DNA from: Eubacteriales bacterium
GTDB lineage: Bacteria > Bacillota > Clostridia > Lachnospirales > Lachnospiraceae
DNA: 64,000 bases
Direction of reading: 5' to 3'
Assembly (NCBI GenBank): GCA_030539055.1
Contig: JAUNSV010000005.1
Location: 26,574 to 90,573, forward strand
The notes under the pieces were generated by a model. The model searched no databases. It was given only the letters and a program-made list of their open reading frames with translations, and was not told where the DNA came from. Shown in pieces: positions 46,871 to 57,633 of the stretch. The translations under genes and the position numbers were made by a program. Position 1 is the first letter of the stretch; every line of letters starts with the position of its first letter.

Positions 46871-47641
46871 CTACTTTTTTGCTATAAATCTTGTTCCTAC
46901 TTCTTTTCCATTGATTATATCAAATATGATTTTAGGGTCTTTTCCATTTGTTATAAAAAGATCTGTACCCGCATCGCAAGTAATTTTTGCTGCATTTATT
47001 TTTGTAATCATTCCACCTGTAGAAAGTTCAGAACCTTTATCTCCACATAGAGCATAAATATCATCTGTTATTTCATATATATTTTTTATTAGAGTAGCAT
47101 CTTTATTTTGCTTTGGATCATTAGTATATAATCCATCTATATCAGAAAGTAAAATTAATAAATCTGCATCTATATTTGCTGCTACATAAGCTGCCAGTGT
47201 ATCATTGTCGCCTATGGAGCATATTTCTTTTATAGCTACTGTATCATTTTCATTTATTATAGGAATAGCACCAAGATGTATTATTCTTAAAATTGTATTT
47301 TTAAAATTTTCTCTTCGAATATCATTATTTATATCATCTTCTGTTAATAAAATTTGAGCTGCAAATTGACCAAAATTTTGAAAGTGTTTATCATATATGC
47401 CCATTAATTCAAGTTGACCTATAGCAGCACAAGCTTGTTTTGTGGGTATGTCTTTTGGCTTTTTCTCTAATGAAAGCTTTCCTACTCCCATAGCTATAGC
47501 ACCAGATGATACCATAATTACTTCATTGTTCTCTTCTTTTAATTTTGATACTACAAAGCAAAGAGAATCAATACTTTCTTCATTAATAATTCCATATTGA
47601 TTTGTAATAGTTGAAGTACCTATTTTTATTACTATTCTCAT
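46871..47641 (-). CDS. proB: Glutamate 5-kinase (no PUA domain)
   Basis: ORF trimmed to ATG 47641 (AAGGAG 6 nt upstream). VIKIGTSTI and GDNDTLAA. Confidence 0.9.
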   Translation of the reverse strand: MRIVIKIGTSTITNQYGIINEESIDSLCFVVSKLKEENNEVIMVSSGAIAMGVGKLSLEKKPKDIPTKQACAAIGQLELMGIYDKHFQNFGQFAAQILLTEDDINNDIRRENFKNTILRIIHLGAIPIINENDTVAIKEICSIGDNDTLAAYVAANIDADLLILLSDIDGLYTNDPKQNKDATLIKNIYEITDDIYALCGDKGSELSTGGMITKINAAKITCDAGTDLFITNGKDPKIIFDIINGKEVGTRFIAKK

Positions 47642-47715
47642 AACATTCTCCTTACTAATCAATAAATAAATTTATTATATTATCACACATCTTTAAGTTA
47701 AAATCAATAAATTAT

Positions 47716-48747
47716 TTACTTTAGCATATCGCATATATCTAATATCAATCTTTCGCTCTTCTCCCAACCTAGGCAAGGGTCTGTGAGAGATTTTCCATAG
47801 CATTTTCCATTTAACTCTTGTGCACCATCTTCAATATAACTTTCTATCATTAATCCTTTAAGCATTTTTCTTATTGAAGAAGAATAATTGTAACTGTGCA
47901 CTACTTCTTTTGCAATACGAATTTGCTCAATATAATTTTTTGCACTATTTGAATGATTCACATCAACAATAATTGCAGGATTACTTAATTCACTTTTTTC
48001 ATATAATTCACATAAAAATATTAAATCTTCAAAATGATAATTTGGCAAAGCATTGCCATGCTTATTCACATAACCTCTTAAAATAGCATGTGCGTACTCG
48101 TTACCTTTGCTTTGAACTTCCCATCCTCTATATATAAATCTATGTGCTCTTTGAGCTGCTTTGATAGAATTCATCATTACACTTAAATCTCCACTTGTTG
48201 GGTTTTTCATTCCAACTGGAATATTTAATCCACTTGCTGTAAGTCTGTGTTGTTGATCCTCTACAGATCTTGCACCAATAGCTACATATGATAAAAGATC
48301 ATTTAAATAACGATGATTTTCTGGATATAACATTTCATCTGCACATCCAAATCCTGTTTCCTCTATGGCTCTCATATGCAAATGTCGAATAGCAAGAACA
48401 CCATTAAATAAATCTGACTTACCACTTGGGTCTGGTTTATGAAGCATCCCCTTGTAACCTTTTCCATTTGTACGAGGTTTATTTGTATATATGCGAGGAA
48501 TAATTAATATTTTATCTTCAACTTTGTCTTGTACTTTTCTTAATCTACAAATATAATCTAGGAGTGCATCTTCATTGTCTGCAGAGCAAGGACCTATGAT
48601 AAGTACAAATTTATTTTGTTTTCCACTAAATACATCTTGAATTAATTTATCTCTTTCTTCCTTGATTTTTTTTGAATTTTCGGATAAAGGAAATGCTTCT
48701 TTTACTTCTTTAGGAATAGTTAGCTTTTTTATAAATTCCATATTCAT
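47716..48747 (-). CDS. 3-deoxy-7-phosphoheptulonate (DAHP) synthase, type I-alpha
   Basis: 343 aa. IIGPCSADNEDA, TNKPRTNGKGYKGM. Confidence 0.9.
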   Translation of the reverse strand: MNMEFIKKLTIPKEVKEAFPLSENSKKIKEERDKLIQDVFSGKQNKFVLIIGPCSADNEDALLDYICRLRKVQDKVEDKILIIPRIYTNKPRTNGKGYKGMLHKPDPSGKSDLFNGVLAIRHLHMRAIEETGFGCADEMLYPENHRYLNDLLSYVAIGARSVEDQQHRLTASGLNIPVGMKNPTSGDLSVMMNSIKAAQRAHRFIYRGWEVQSKGNEYAHAILRGYVNKHGNALPNYHFEDLIFLCELYEKSELSNPAIIVDVNHSNSAKNYIEQIRIAKEVVHSYNYSSSIRKMLKGLMIESYIEDGAQELNGKCYGKSLTDPCLGWEKSERLILDICDMLK

Positions 48748-48771
48748 TCAATTACACCTCTAATTTTTAAT

Positions 48772-49632
48772 TTAATCTTTTTTATCAAACAAAGCTCTTC
48801 TAATTGTAGACTTTTTCATTTTTTCTCTCATACCATCTACATCATTATTGTATAGCATATTTCTAAAATTTTGTAATTCATTAAGAAAAATATCTATGTT
48901 TTTTATGAGAGAGTTTTTATTTAATAAAAATAATTCACTCCACATCTCATCGTTTATTCTTGCAATTCTTGTTAAGTCTCTAAAAGAATCTCCAGTATAT
49001 TTTTCAATATGCTCACTTTCATTACATGTCATAAGTGATATAGCTATGCAATGAGTAAGTTGTGATACAAAACCTACCATATCATCATGCTCCTCTGGAG
49101 TAAGAATTGATACATTTTCAAATCCTAGTAATTGTCCTATTTCCATACATGATACAATTGCATCTTTTGTATTCTTCTTTGTTGGAGTTACAATATAATT
49201 TGCATTATTAAATATTTTTGTTGTACTATTTTCTACTCCATATACTTCTCTTCCTGCCATAGGATGAGCTGCTATATATTCAACATCATCTCGTAATATA
49301 TTTTGAATATCATAAATTATAGAAGTTTTTACACCTGTAACATCTGTAATCAAAGCACCAGTTTTAAAATATTTTTGATTTTCTTTTATCCATTCAATTA
49401 AAATATGAGGATAAAGAGCAAATATTATTATATCTGCTTTTCTTATCATTTCTTTATCGATTGATATTGTACCCTCATCAATTATTTCTTCTTTTATTGC
49501 ATAATCAATAGATGACTGGTCTTTAGTAATTGCACTTATATGAAATCCATATCTCTTAAGCCCTTTTGCATAACTTCCACCCATTAATCCTAATCCTACT
49601 ATTAAAATGTTTTTATTTATATCAACTATCAT
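48772..49632 (-). CDS. tyrA: Prephenate dehydrogenase
   Basis: 286 aa. IVGLGLMGGSYAKGL and AAHPMAG. Confidence 0.85.
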   Translation of the reverse strand: MIVDINKNILIVGLGLMGGSYAKGLKRYGFHISAITKDQSSIDYAIKEEIIDEGTISIDKEMIRKADIIIFALYPHILIEWIKENQKYFKTGALITDVTGVKTSIIYDIQNILRDDVEYIAAHPMAGREVYGVENSTTKIFNNANYIVTPTKKNTKDAIVSCMEIGQLLGFENVSILTPEEHDDMVGFVSQLTHCIAISLMTCNESEHIEKYTGDSFRDLTRIARINDEMWSELFLLNKNSLIKNIDIFLNELQNFRNMLYNNDVDGMREKMKKSTIRRALFDKKD

Positions 49633-50833
49633 ATTTTACCTTTAATCCTAAATTTTGTAATTTATAAAAAAAATCTGGAAAACTTTTATTTATTGCTTCC
49701 ATTCCATCTATAGAACCACCAGTTAAGCTCAATAATACAGAAAGGGCCATTACTATTCTGTGATCATTATGACCATTTAATATTGTTTTTGGTTTTTCTA
49801 ATTTTCCTTTAATAATTATTTCGTTATCTAAAATTTTTGTATCTATTCCACATTTTTTTAATTCCATTTGCATTGCTTTTCCTCTATCGGATTCTTTTAA
49901 TTTTAGTCTGTTTGTATTTATAAAATATCCATTTCCTTTTATAGCACTAAGCGTAAAAAGAACTGGTGCTAGGTCTGGGCAGTCGCTTAAATCTATTTTT
50001 TCTTTTTTGTTATTTTGAATTATATCAAAATATTTTTTATATATTTTATCTCCCTGAATTGTATTATCATTTAATCCTTTAATTGTAATTTTTCCACCTA
50101 TTAAATTAAAAGCATCTAAAAATGCTGCGTTTGAATAATCTCCCTCGATTTCTACATTTGTGCTTTTATATTGTTGATTCCCTTTGATAAAAAGTGTATT
50201 TTCATTCTCCCAAAAAATATTTATATTATATAATTTTAATATTTTTTTTGTCAAATTAATATAAGATTTACTCTCTATTGATTTGTTGATTTTTATTTTG
50301 CTATCACCTTTTAATAAGGGAAGTGCAAATAATAATCCAGAAATAAATTGACTGCTTACATTTCCATCTACTTGATACTCTCCACTTTTTAATTTTCCTT
50401 TTATTAATAATTCATTTTCTAATTTTGTTATTTTTACATTTGATTTTTCAAATATATTTTTATATAAAAGAACTGGTCTAGACATTAATTTACTACTTCC
50501 ACATAATTTTCTTTCTATATTATCTATTACACATAAGGGAATTAAAAATCTCAATGTGCTTCCACTTTCATTGCAATTTAGAGTAGTATTTTCTTGCGAA
50601 AACTTTCCATTATTTCCATATACTTCGACACTTTCTTTATTACATAATATTTTGATGCCTAAAGCCATCAAACATTCTATAGTAGCTTTTACATCCATAG
50701 AGTATGAAATATTAGAAATTTTACTTATACCATTTGCAAGGCTAGCACTTATTAATGCTCTGTGTGTTTCACTTTTTGATGGTGGTGCTTCTATTATACC
50801 CTCCACTTTGCTTTTTTCAATAAATATTTTCAT
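49622..50833 (-). CDS. aroA: 3-phosphoshikimate 1-carboxyvinyltransferase (EPSP synthase)
   Basis: 403 aa. PPSKSETHRALI, CNESGSTLRFL, NDHRIVMAL. Confidence 0.9.
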   Translation of the reverse strand: MKIFIEKSKVEGIIEAPPSKSETHRALISASLANGISKISNISYSMDVKATIECLMALGIKILCNKESVEVYGNNGKFSQENTTLNCNESGSTLRFLIPLCVIDNIERKLCGSSKLMSRPVLLYKNIFEKSNVKITKLENELLIKGKLKSGEYQVDGNVSSQFISGLLFALPLLKGDSKIKINKSIESKSYINLTKKILKLYNINIFWENENTLFIKGNQQYKSTNVEIEGDYSNAAFLDAFNLIGGKITIKGLNDNTIQGDKIYKKYFDIIQNNKKEKIDLSDCPDLAPVLFTLSAIKGNGYFINTNRLKLKESDRGKAMQMELKKCGIDTKILDNEIIIKGKLEKPKTILNGHNDHRIVMALSVLLSLTGGSIDGMEAINKSFPDFFYKLQNLGLKVKYDS

Positions 50834-52071
50834 ATTTCCTCTTTTATATTTATTATTTCTTTTACTACATCTTCAATTTCTTTATCATTTTTTATTATAA
50901 TATCGCTTGCTTTTAAATAATAATTGATCCTTTCATTATATAATTTTTTTAAGCTCTCTATATTATTCGAAAGTGGTCTACTTTTTGTTGGTATTATATT
51001 TTCTACTTTTCTATCAATAAAAAATATTTTGCCATTTTGCTTTAATCTCATTATATTATTATTCCTTAATATAGAGCCTCCACCAGTTGATATTATTATA
51101 TTATTAAATTTTGATACTTCTTTTATTACTTCTTCTTCTATATTTCTAAAATATTCTTCTCCAAATTTATCAAATATTTCTTTTATTTGCATATTGCATT
51201 TTTGTATTATCATTGTATCTGTATCATATATTTTTCTTTTTGTAATAGAAGAAAGTACTTCGCCAATGGTACTCTTTCCAGAGCCTGGCATTCCAATTAA
51301 TACAATATTTTCTTTATTATTTAATATTTTATTATATACTTCATCATATATATTTTTTTCGTATTTAATATTTAAAAATTTTTCACTTGCTCTTATTGCT
51401 TGACTTACAAGCATATATAAACCACCTGTTGCTTTTTTACCATTTATTATTGAATTGTAAACTAATTCACTTCTTAAAGGATTATATATGCAATCTATGA
51501 TAACTTGGGCGTTACTAAATATATTAATATCTATAGGAGAACTATCTGTTTTTGGAAACATTCCAATAGGTGTAGTATTTATAATAATATCAAATTTATT
51601 GAATTGTTTATATGCTTCTTCATAATTTATAACATTTTCTTTTTTATTTCTTCCTACAATAATAATTTCTTTTGCACCTAATTTTTTTGATACACATTTT
51701 GCTGTACTACTTGTACCACCACTGCCACAAATTAATACTGTTTTATTTTTTATTATTATATTATTTTTATTTATTAAATCTATCATTCCATCAAAATCTG
51801 TATTGTAACCATATAATGTACCATTTTTATTTACTATAGTATTAATTGCTCCTATCTCTTTTGCATTATCATCTATATAATTTAAATATGGAATTACTAA
51901 TTGTTTATAAGGAATAGTAACATTGATTCCAAGAAAATCTTTTTTTATAAAAAACTCTTTTAAATTTTCTTTTTTTATTTCACATATTTCATATTTGTAT
52001 GGTGCAAATTGCTCGTGAATTTCTTTTGAGAAAGAATGTATTAAACTTTCGCCTATGATTCCATATTTCAT
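50830..52071 (-). CDS. Fusion protein: shikimate dehydrogenase (N-terminal) + shikimate kinase (C-terminal)
   Basis: 413 aa. GESLIHSFSKEIH and NVTIPYK (AroE), then IVLIGMPGSGKSTIGEVLS (AroK P-loop). Confidence 0.85.
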   Translation of the reverse strand: MKYGIIGESLIHSFSKEIHEQFAPYKYEICEIKKENLKEFFIKKDFLGINVTIPYKQLVIPYLNYIDDNAKEIGAINTIVNKNGTLYGYNTDFDGMIDLINKNNIIIKNKTVLICGSGGTSSTAKCVSKKLGAKEIIIVGRNKKENVINYEEAYKQFNKFDIIINTTPIGMFPKTDSSPIDINIFSNAQVIIDCIYNPLRSELVYNSIINGKKATGGLYMLVSQAIRASEKFLNIKYEKNIYDEVYNKILNNKENIVLIGMPGSGKSTIGEVLSSITKRKIYDTDTMIIQKCNMQIKEIFDKFGEEYFRNIEEEVIKEVSKFNNIIISTGGGSILRNNNIMRLKQNGKIFFIDRKVENIIPTKSRPLSNNIESLKKLYNERINYYLKASDIIIKNDKEIEDVVKEIINIKEEI

Positions 52072-53177
52072 TTAATTTTCCTCATATACTCTATTCCTCC
52101 TCTTGCTAATAATAAATCATATATAACTATGGCACTCAAAGCATCAACTACTACTCTTGCTCTGTGAACAATTGCTGGGTCATGCCTGCCTCTAATTACT
52201 ATTTTTACATTTTTATTATTTTTAAAATTTATTGTATCTTGCTCTTTAGCAATTGAGGGTGTAGGTTTTATGGCACATCTAAAAAGTATAGGTGATCCAT
52301 TACTTATGCCACCATTAATACCACCATTATTATTTGTTTTGCTTTTTACAATATTATTTTTTACATATAATGAATCATTTGCTTTGCTACCTCTTAATTT
52401 GCTTATATTAAAACCAGCTCCATACTCTACTCCTTTTACTCCAGGTATAGAAAACAAAGCGTGAGATAACACACTCTCTATAGAATCAAACCAAGGTTCT
52501 CCTACTCCCGAAGGAACTCCTATAATACTCGTTTCTAATATTCCACCTACGCTATCTTTATCATTTGATGCTTTAATAATTTCTTCTTTCATTAATTTAG
52601 CTTTGTTATCATCTAATGTAGCAAATGCTTTTTCATTTAGTACTTTTATATCTTCTTTGTAATTTTTAAATTTTGCATCTTTTATATTTGCACATTGTAA
52701 AATATGTGTTCCTATAAAAATATTTTGTTCCTCAAGTGCAAGTTGCACTATAGCACCTAGTGCTACTATAGGGGTTGTAAGTCTTCCACTAAAATGACCT
52801 CCGCCTACATAATCATTAAAACCATAATATTTTTTATATGCACTATAATCAGCATGCCCTGGGCGAGATATTTCACTTAATTCATTATAATCATTTGATT
52901 TAATGTCTTCATTTGGAATAATAATACAAATTGGGGATCCTGTAGCAATATTATTTTTTACTCCACTTATGATTTTGTATTCATCTTTTTCTTGTCTTTT
53001 TGTAGAAATTTTGCCTATTGGTTTTCTGAACAATAATTTTTTGTTAATATATTCATTATTAATTTTTGTGCCTGGAGCAAGCCCATCAAGCATAGCACCA
53101 ATGTAAGCACCATGGCTTTCCCCAAAAAGTGAAATTGATAAGTTGTTTCCGAAAGTGTTTTTCATTTTTATCTCCAA
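52068..53177 (-). CDS. aroC: Chorismate synthase
   Basis: 369 aa. FGESHG, RPGHADY, GGGHFSGRLT. Confidence 0.92.
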   Translation of the reverse strand: MEIKMKNTFGNNLSISLFGESHGAYIGAMLDGLAPGTKINNEYINKKLLFRKPIGKISTKRQEKDEYKIISGVKNNIATGSPICIIIPNEDIKSNDYNELSEISRPGHADYSAYKKYYGFNDYVGGGHFSGRLTTPIVALGAIVQLALEEQNIFIGTHILQCANIKDAKFKNYKEDIKVLNEKAFATLDDNKAKLMKEEIIKASNDKDSVGGILETSIIGVPSGVGEPWFDSIESVLSHALFSIPGVKGVEYGAGFNISKLRGSKANDSLYVKNNIVKSKTNNNGGINGGISNGSPILFRCAIKPTPSIAKEQDTINFKNNKNVKIVIRGRHDPAIVHRARVVVDALSAIVIYDLLLARGGIEYMRKIK

Positions 53178-54205
53178 TTTGTTTTTTTGTAGTCTTCTAT
53201 AATTTTTGTTAATTCATCAATTGTAATATCTTTTAATATTGCATTTCCTATTTCTTCAACATAGCAAATTGTTATTTTATTTTCATGAAATTTTTTATCA
53301 TGCTTTATAACATTAATAATATCATTTGTATCATAATCAAAATTTGTAGGTAGGTTTACTTTCTCCAATACACTTTTTATTCTTTTTGAAATATTTTTAT
53401 TACACATTAAAAGCATTCCTATAGATATACATTCTCCATGATAAAGATTATGCTTGTTTAAATGTTTACTTTCTATAGCATGGCCTATTGTATGACCATA
53501 ATTTAATATTTTTCTTAAATTTAATTCTTTTTCATCTTTTTCTACAATTTGTTTTTTGATTTTTAGAGATTTTTCTATTATTAAATTTATGTTTTTATTA
53601 TAATCTTCTTTTTCTATTAATTCAAATAATTGTTTGTCACTTGTAATTGACATTTTGATAGCTTCTGCTAATCCATTCAATACTTGTCTTTTTGGGAGTG
53701 TGTGTAACAAATTAGAATCTATCAATACTTTTTTTGGTTGATAAAAAGCACCTACAATATTTTTGTATCCATCTAAATTAATTGCACATTTTCCACCAAT
53801 TGATGAATCTATTTGCGATAAAAGAGTTGTTGGAATATTATAAAAATCTATACCTCTCATATAAGAAGAAGCTGCAAAGCAAGCCATATCACCACAAACG
53901 CCTCCGCCAAGAGATATAATACAATCGTTTCTTGAAAAATTTTCTTTTAATAAAAATGACAAAATATTATTGTAATTAGTAATATTTTTTTGATCCTCTC
54001 CATGTTTAAATTCAAATACATAATAGTCTTTTATTTGTTTAGATAAAATTTCTACATACTCTTTTGGTATAAGATCATCTATTACAATTAATGTTTTTCT
54101 ATTTAAATTAAAATACTCTTTTGCTTTTTTTAATATGTCTTTTTCAATTACAATATCATAACTATCATCTACTTTTTCTTTTATTAAATTCATTTTTAAA
54201 ATCAT
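53168..54205 (-). CDS. aroB: 3-dehydroquinate synthase
   Basis: 345 aa. LGGGVCGDMACFAAS and LNYGHTIGHAIE. Confidence 0.9.
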   Translation of the reverse strand: MILKMNLIKEKVDDSYDIVIEKDILKKAKEYFNLNRKTLIVIDDLIPKEYVEILSKQIKDYYVFEFKHGEDQKNITNYNNILSFLLKENFSRNDCIISLGGGVCGDMACFAASSYMRGIDFYNIPTTLLSQIDSSIGGKCAINLDGYKNIVGAFYQPKKVLIDSNLLHTLPKRQVLNGLAEAIKMSITSDKQLFELIEKEDYNKNINLIIEKSLKIKKQIVEKDEKELNLRKILNYGHTIGHAIESKHLNKHNLYHGECISIGMLLMCNKNISKRIKSVLEKVNLPTNFDYDTNDIINVIKHDKKFHENKITICYVEEIGNAILKDITIDELTKIIEDYKKTNWR

Positions 54206-55314
54206 TAATCATCCTCCGGATTTTTATATTCAATAAATGACCCAAGAATTTTTAATTTGTCGCAATATTGTTGTAATTTTTTTACCATTTCCATTCCTTT
54301 GCTTGTATAAATATTTCCATCAAATTCTACATAAAAATAGTATTGCCATGATAATTCTTTCATAGGTAAGCTTCTTAAACTACGCATATTAAATTTATAT
54401 TCGCCAATAATATTAATTGCTTTTGCTAAAGCACCTGCTTCATTTTTTACTGTAAAAAATATTATTGATTCATCGGCATCTTGTACACTTTTATCACATT
54501 TTAGTGAAAGAATTGCAAATTTTGTAGTATTATCATTATTTAAATTTATATCATGATCTATAATTTCTAAACCATATATTTTAGCTGTTTCTTCACTTGC
54601 TATTGCTGCTATAGTATAATCATTTTTTTCTTTCACATCCATTGCTGCAATTGCTGTGTTGGCAGATATTAAAGTATTATATTTATGCTTTTGTATATAT
54701 TTTGTGCATTGGCTAAGTGCTTGTGGATGGCTTATTACAGTTTTTATAGTATCTATAGTAGAACCTTTTATTGCAAGAAGATTTTGTCTTACTTTAAGAT
54801 TGTATATTCCATTTACATATAAGGGACCAGAAAACATCATATCCATTACTTGTGAAACATCACCAGCTGAACTATTCTCTATAGGAAGCAAACAGCATTC
54901 GCACTCTCCTATAACAACACTATTGTATGCATCTTGAAAGTTTGGGTATGCATGATAATTTGCATCCTTAAATACATGAGTGCTAGCTATGTGTGCAAAA
55001 GCTCCCTCTACTCCACTAAAACCAACATCGATTCCCTTTAATACTCTTCTTTGATATTTTTTAGATAAATCCATTATATTTTTAATAAAAAGAGAATAGT
55101 AAGAGTGATATTCTAAATTATTAATATATTTTATATTTTCATCTATTACCTCTTTTTCTCTATTTGAATTTAATATAGGTATAGCGTGTTCTCTTTTGAA
55201 ATTTGAAATATCTTTTACTATCTCCATTCTTTTTTCAAAAAGAACTGCCATCTCTTTATCTATTATATTTATTTTTTCTCTTTTTTCTTGTAAGTCATCC
55301 ATATTATTCTCCAT
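54205..55314 (-). CDS. pheA: Bifunctional chorismate mutase / prephenate dehydratase
   Basis: 369 aa. N-terminal CM helix REKINIIDKEMAVLFEKRMEI, PDT LPIENSSAGDV and TTKFAIL, C-terminal ACT region. Confidence 0.85.
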   Translation of the reverse strand: MENNMDDLQEKREKINIIDKEMAVLFEKRMEIVKDISNFKREHAIPILNSNREKEVIDENIKYINNLEYHSYYSLFIKNIMDLSKKYQRRVLKGIDVGFSGVEGAFAHIASTHVFKDANYHAYPNFQDAYNSVVIGECECCLLPIENSSAGDVSQVMDMMFSGPLYVNGIYNLKVRQNLLAIKGSTIDTIKTVISHPQALSQCTKYIQKHKYNTLISANTAIAAMDVKEKNDYTIAAIASEETAKIYGLEIIDHDINLNNDNTTKFAILSLKCDKSVQDADESIIFFTVKNEAGALAKAINIIGEYKFNMRSLRSLPMKELSWQYYFYVEFDGNIYTSKGMEMVKKLQQYCDKLKILGSFIEYKNPEDD

Positions 55315-56598
55315 TTATTTTTTTATACCATTTGGATATATTTTTTTCATTGTGTTATCGTTGTATGTTTCATCTACCCATGATTCAAAACTATTGTTAG
55401 CTAAAATATTACTACTTCTTAAATCGTATCTCTTTAGTGCTATAGTAGACATTATTAAATCCATCATAATAAATATAAGCATTAAAAAAGTTATTATTTT
55501 ACCAATTTTCATGGGAATTTTTTCTATTAATTTTGATATATGTGGGTATATTTTTTTTAGCCATATTACAGAAGCTATACCCCAAAAAAAGCAATACAAT
55601 AAATTTATTCGCCCACCTAAATTAAATGGTATATGACTATAATCCCAAAATACTTGACCAAAAACTAATTCTGTAAATATGCTACAAATGTATTCAAATG
55701 CACCACCAAGTATTACTCCAAATAAAAATAAAAAACTATCAGATTTTTCTCTATAATTATATAAAACCCAGGTGCCACCAGATAGAGCTATGCCCCACAC
55801 TATGCTAAATTTGCCCCATACTAAACTAGTTCTACTCATTAATATGCCTGTAGTAATATAGCAAAATATAGTTTCTATAATATCACCCATAAATGAACAA
55901 ATAATAAATAACCAAAATAATTTATATGAATTGCATCCTTTAGCAAAAATATTTGATTTTTCCTTTTTTACTTTTTCTTTTGCTTCTGGAAATGCTTTTT
56001 TTATACGCCTTTCTTGAATATAAATAATTTTTTCATTTAAATCCATAGAAAGCTTTATTAAGCCTTTATGGATTTTTTCTGCTCTAACAAATTTTTTGGG
56101 AATACCTAATACATAAAAATAAGTTAGTATTATGTCTATTGCAAATAATGATAATATGACTATTAGTATTACAAATCCAATTCTAAATGGTATTCTATTT
56201 AATATATTAATTAAAATATTATTTAAATATGTGATACTTGTGATGCCTAAGAGACCACCAATAATCAAAGATCTTAAATTCACAAAACCACTTATGTTGA
56301 ATTTAGAAGAAGAATAATCCCACCATTTTTTATGAAATATGACTTGAAGTAAATTACCTACTATCAATTCACATAAGCCATATATTATAGCACTTCCAAT
56401 AAATAAGAATACTATTCTATCCGATAAATCAAATAAAAAAAGTTTAATTAATATCGCACTTATTCCATATATGCTTAAAAGAGGACCAGCTAATACTCCT
56501 CTATTAATAAACTTATTATGTTTGTATGCTGCATAAGAGCATTCAAATATCCAACCTAAAAAAGAATATACTAAAAACAACCACATTATGAAATACAT
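55315..56598 (-). CDS. Polytopic membrane protein with two tandem modules resembling the 'putative ABC-transporter type IV' family
   Basis: 427 aa. Repeated FLGWIFE/FMGDIIE-type TM modules. Abuts pheA with no gap. Confidence 0.5.
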   Translation of the reverse strand: MYFIMWLFLVYSFLGWIFECSYAAYKHNKFINRGVLAGPLLSIYGISAILIKLFLFDLSDRIVFLFIGSAIIYGLCELIVGNLLQVIFHKKWWDYSSSKFNISGFVNLRSLIIGGLLGITSITYLNNILINILNRIPFRIGFVILIVILSLFAIDIILTYFYVLGIPKKFVRAEKIHKGLIKLSMDLNEKIIYIQERRIKKAFPEAKEKVKKEKSNIFAKGCNSYKLFWLFIICSFMGDIIETIFCYITTGILMSRTSLVWGKFSIVWGIALSGGTWVLYNYREKSDSFLFLFGVILGGAFEYICSIFTELVFGQVFWDYSHIPFNLGGRINLLYCFFWGIASVIWLKKIYPHISKLIEKIPMKIGKIITFLMLIFIMMDLIMSTIALKRYDLRSSNILANNSFESWVDETYNDNTMKKIYPNGIKK

Positions 56599-56721
56599 AA
56601 ATTGACACCTATTAATAATAAATATTATAATTTTTAAAAGATATTTAAAAAATTATATGTATTGTAGTATAACATTTATATTTTTTTTCGTAAACAAGAA
56701 AATATAGAGGTGATATTTTTT

Positions 56722-57588
56722 TTATATGATAGAAAGAGTTGCTATCATTCCACCCCTATCTTTTCCATGGTACCTATGTGAAAAGAAAATTTCTGGATTA
56801 CATTTTGTGCATAAGTTTACTATATCTATATTTTCTTCATCTAAGCCTTCATTTATTAAATTTCTTTTATTTATTTCCCATAAATTCATATATGTTTTAT
56901 TGTCTTTTTTAATAATATTAGACTTATAGTTTTTGTCTTTTTTTAAAAATAATTGCTCCACATCATCTTTAATCTCAAAACAAGAGGCACAAATGCTAGG
57001 TCCTATAATAGAAATTATATTTTTGGGATTGGAATTATATTTTTCTTTAAATATATTAATTGCATTTTTAGATATATTATTTAATGTTCCCATCCAACCA
57101 GAGTGAAGAAGTGCTATTACTTTTTTATTTGTATCAACCAAATATATTGGAGTACAATCTGCATGCTTAGTACAAAGAACAATATCTTTTTCGTTTGTTA
57201 TAAAACCATCTATGAAATCTAAATCAAAATCATTATTGTATATATTATTATTTATATTGTTTTTATCTATAGTAAGAATATTTGTTGTATGTCTTTGGAG
57301 TGCATATACCATTTTGTTATATTCTGCATTTATAGCATTAGCATAAATTTTTCGATTAATATCTACTTTCTCTTTTGTTTCATCTCTTAAATTAGATAAA
57401 TTCATACTATAAAAACACCCCGAACTCTTCCCACCAAATCTTGTAGAAAAAGAGTTGTTAATCCAATTATAATTATCTAATTTATTAAATGATAAATATA
57501 TTACATCTTCTTTTTTATGCAAGGTGTAACTTTTATTTAATTTTATTTTTTTGTCATTAGTTTTGTAGCACATTTTTATTCCTTTCAA
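56722..57588 (-). CDS. pgeF: Peptidoglycan editing factor / YfiH-family (laccase-domain) protein
   Basis: 288 aa. TKHADCTPIYL and LLHSGWMGT. Confidence 0.8.
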   Translation of the reverse strand: MKGIKMCYKTNDKKIKLNKSYTLHKKEDVIYLSFNKLDNYNWINNSFSTRFGGKSSGCFYSMNLSNLRDETKEKVDINRKIYANAINAEYNKMVYALQRHTTNILTIDKNNINNNIYNNDFDLDFIDGFITNEKDIVLCTKHADCTPIYLVDTNKKVIALLHSGWMGTLNNISKNAINIFKEKYNSNPKNIISIIGPSICASCFEIKDDVEQLFLKKDKNYKSNIIKKDNKTYMNLWEINKRNLINEGLDEENIDIVNLCTKCNPEIFFSHRYHGKDRGGMIATLSII

Positions 57589-57633
57589 TTATACTTTGTT
57601 GATTTTTGTTATTTTAAATGTTATACTCCTTTT

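Noticed and set aside
46359-47057. 232-aa plus-strand ORF, plus many similar plus-strand ORFs (for example 11..397, 2201..2464, 10154..10627, 10824..11123, 50924..51403, 55196..55636).
   Set aside because: All lie antisense to long minus-strand genes with clear conserved motifs. Their products are low-complexity Ser/Phe/Ile/Leu-rich strings typical of shadow ORFs in AT-rich DNA. None has a convincing RBS.
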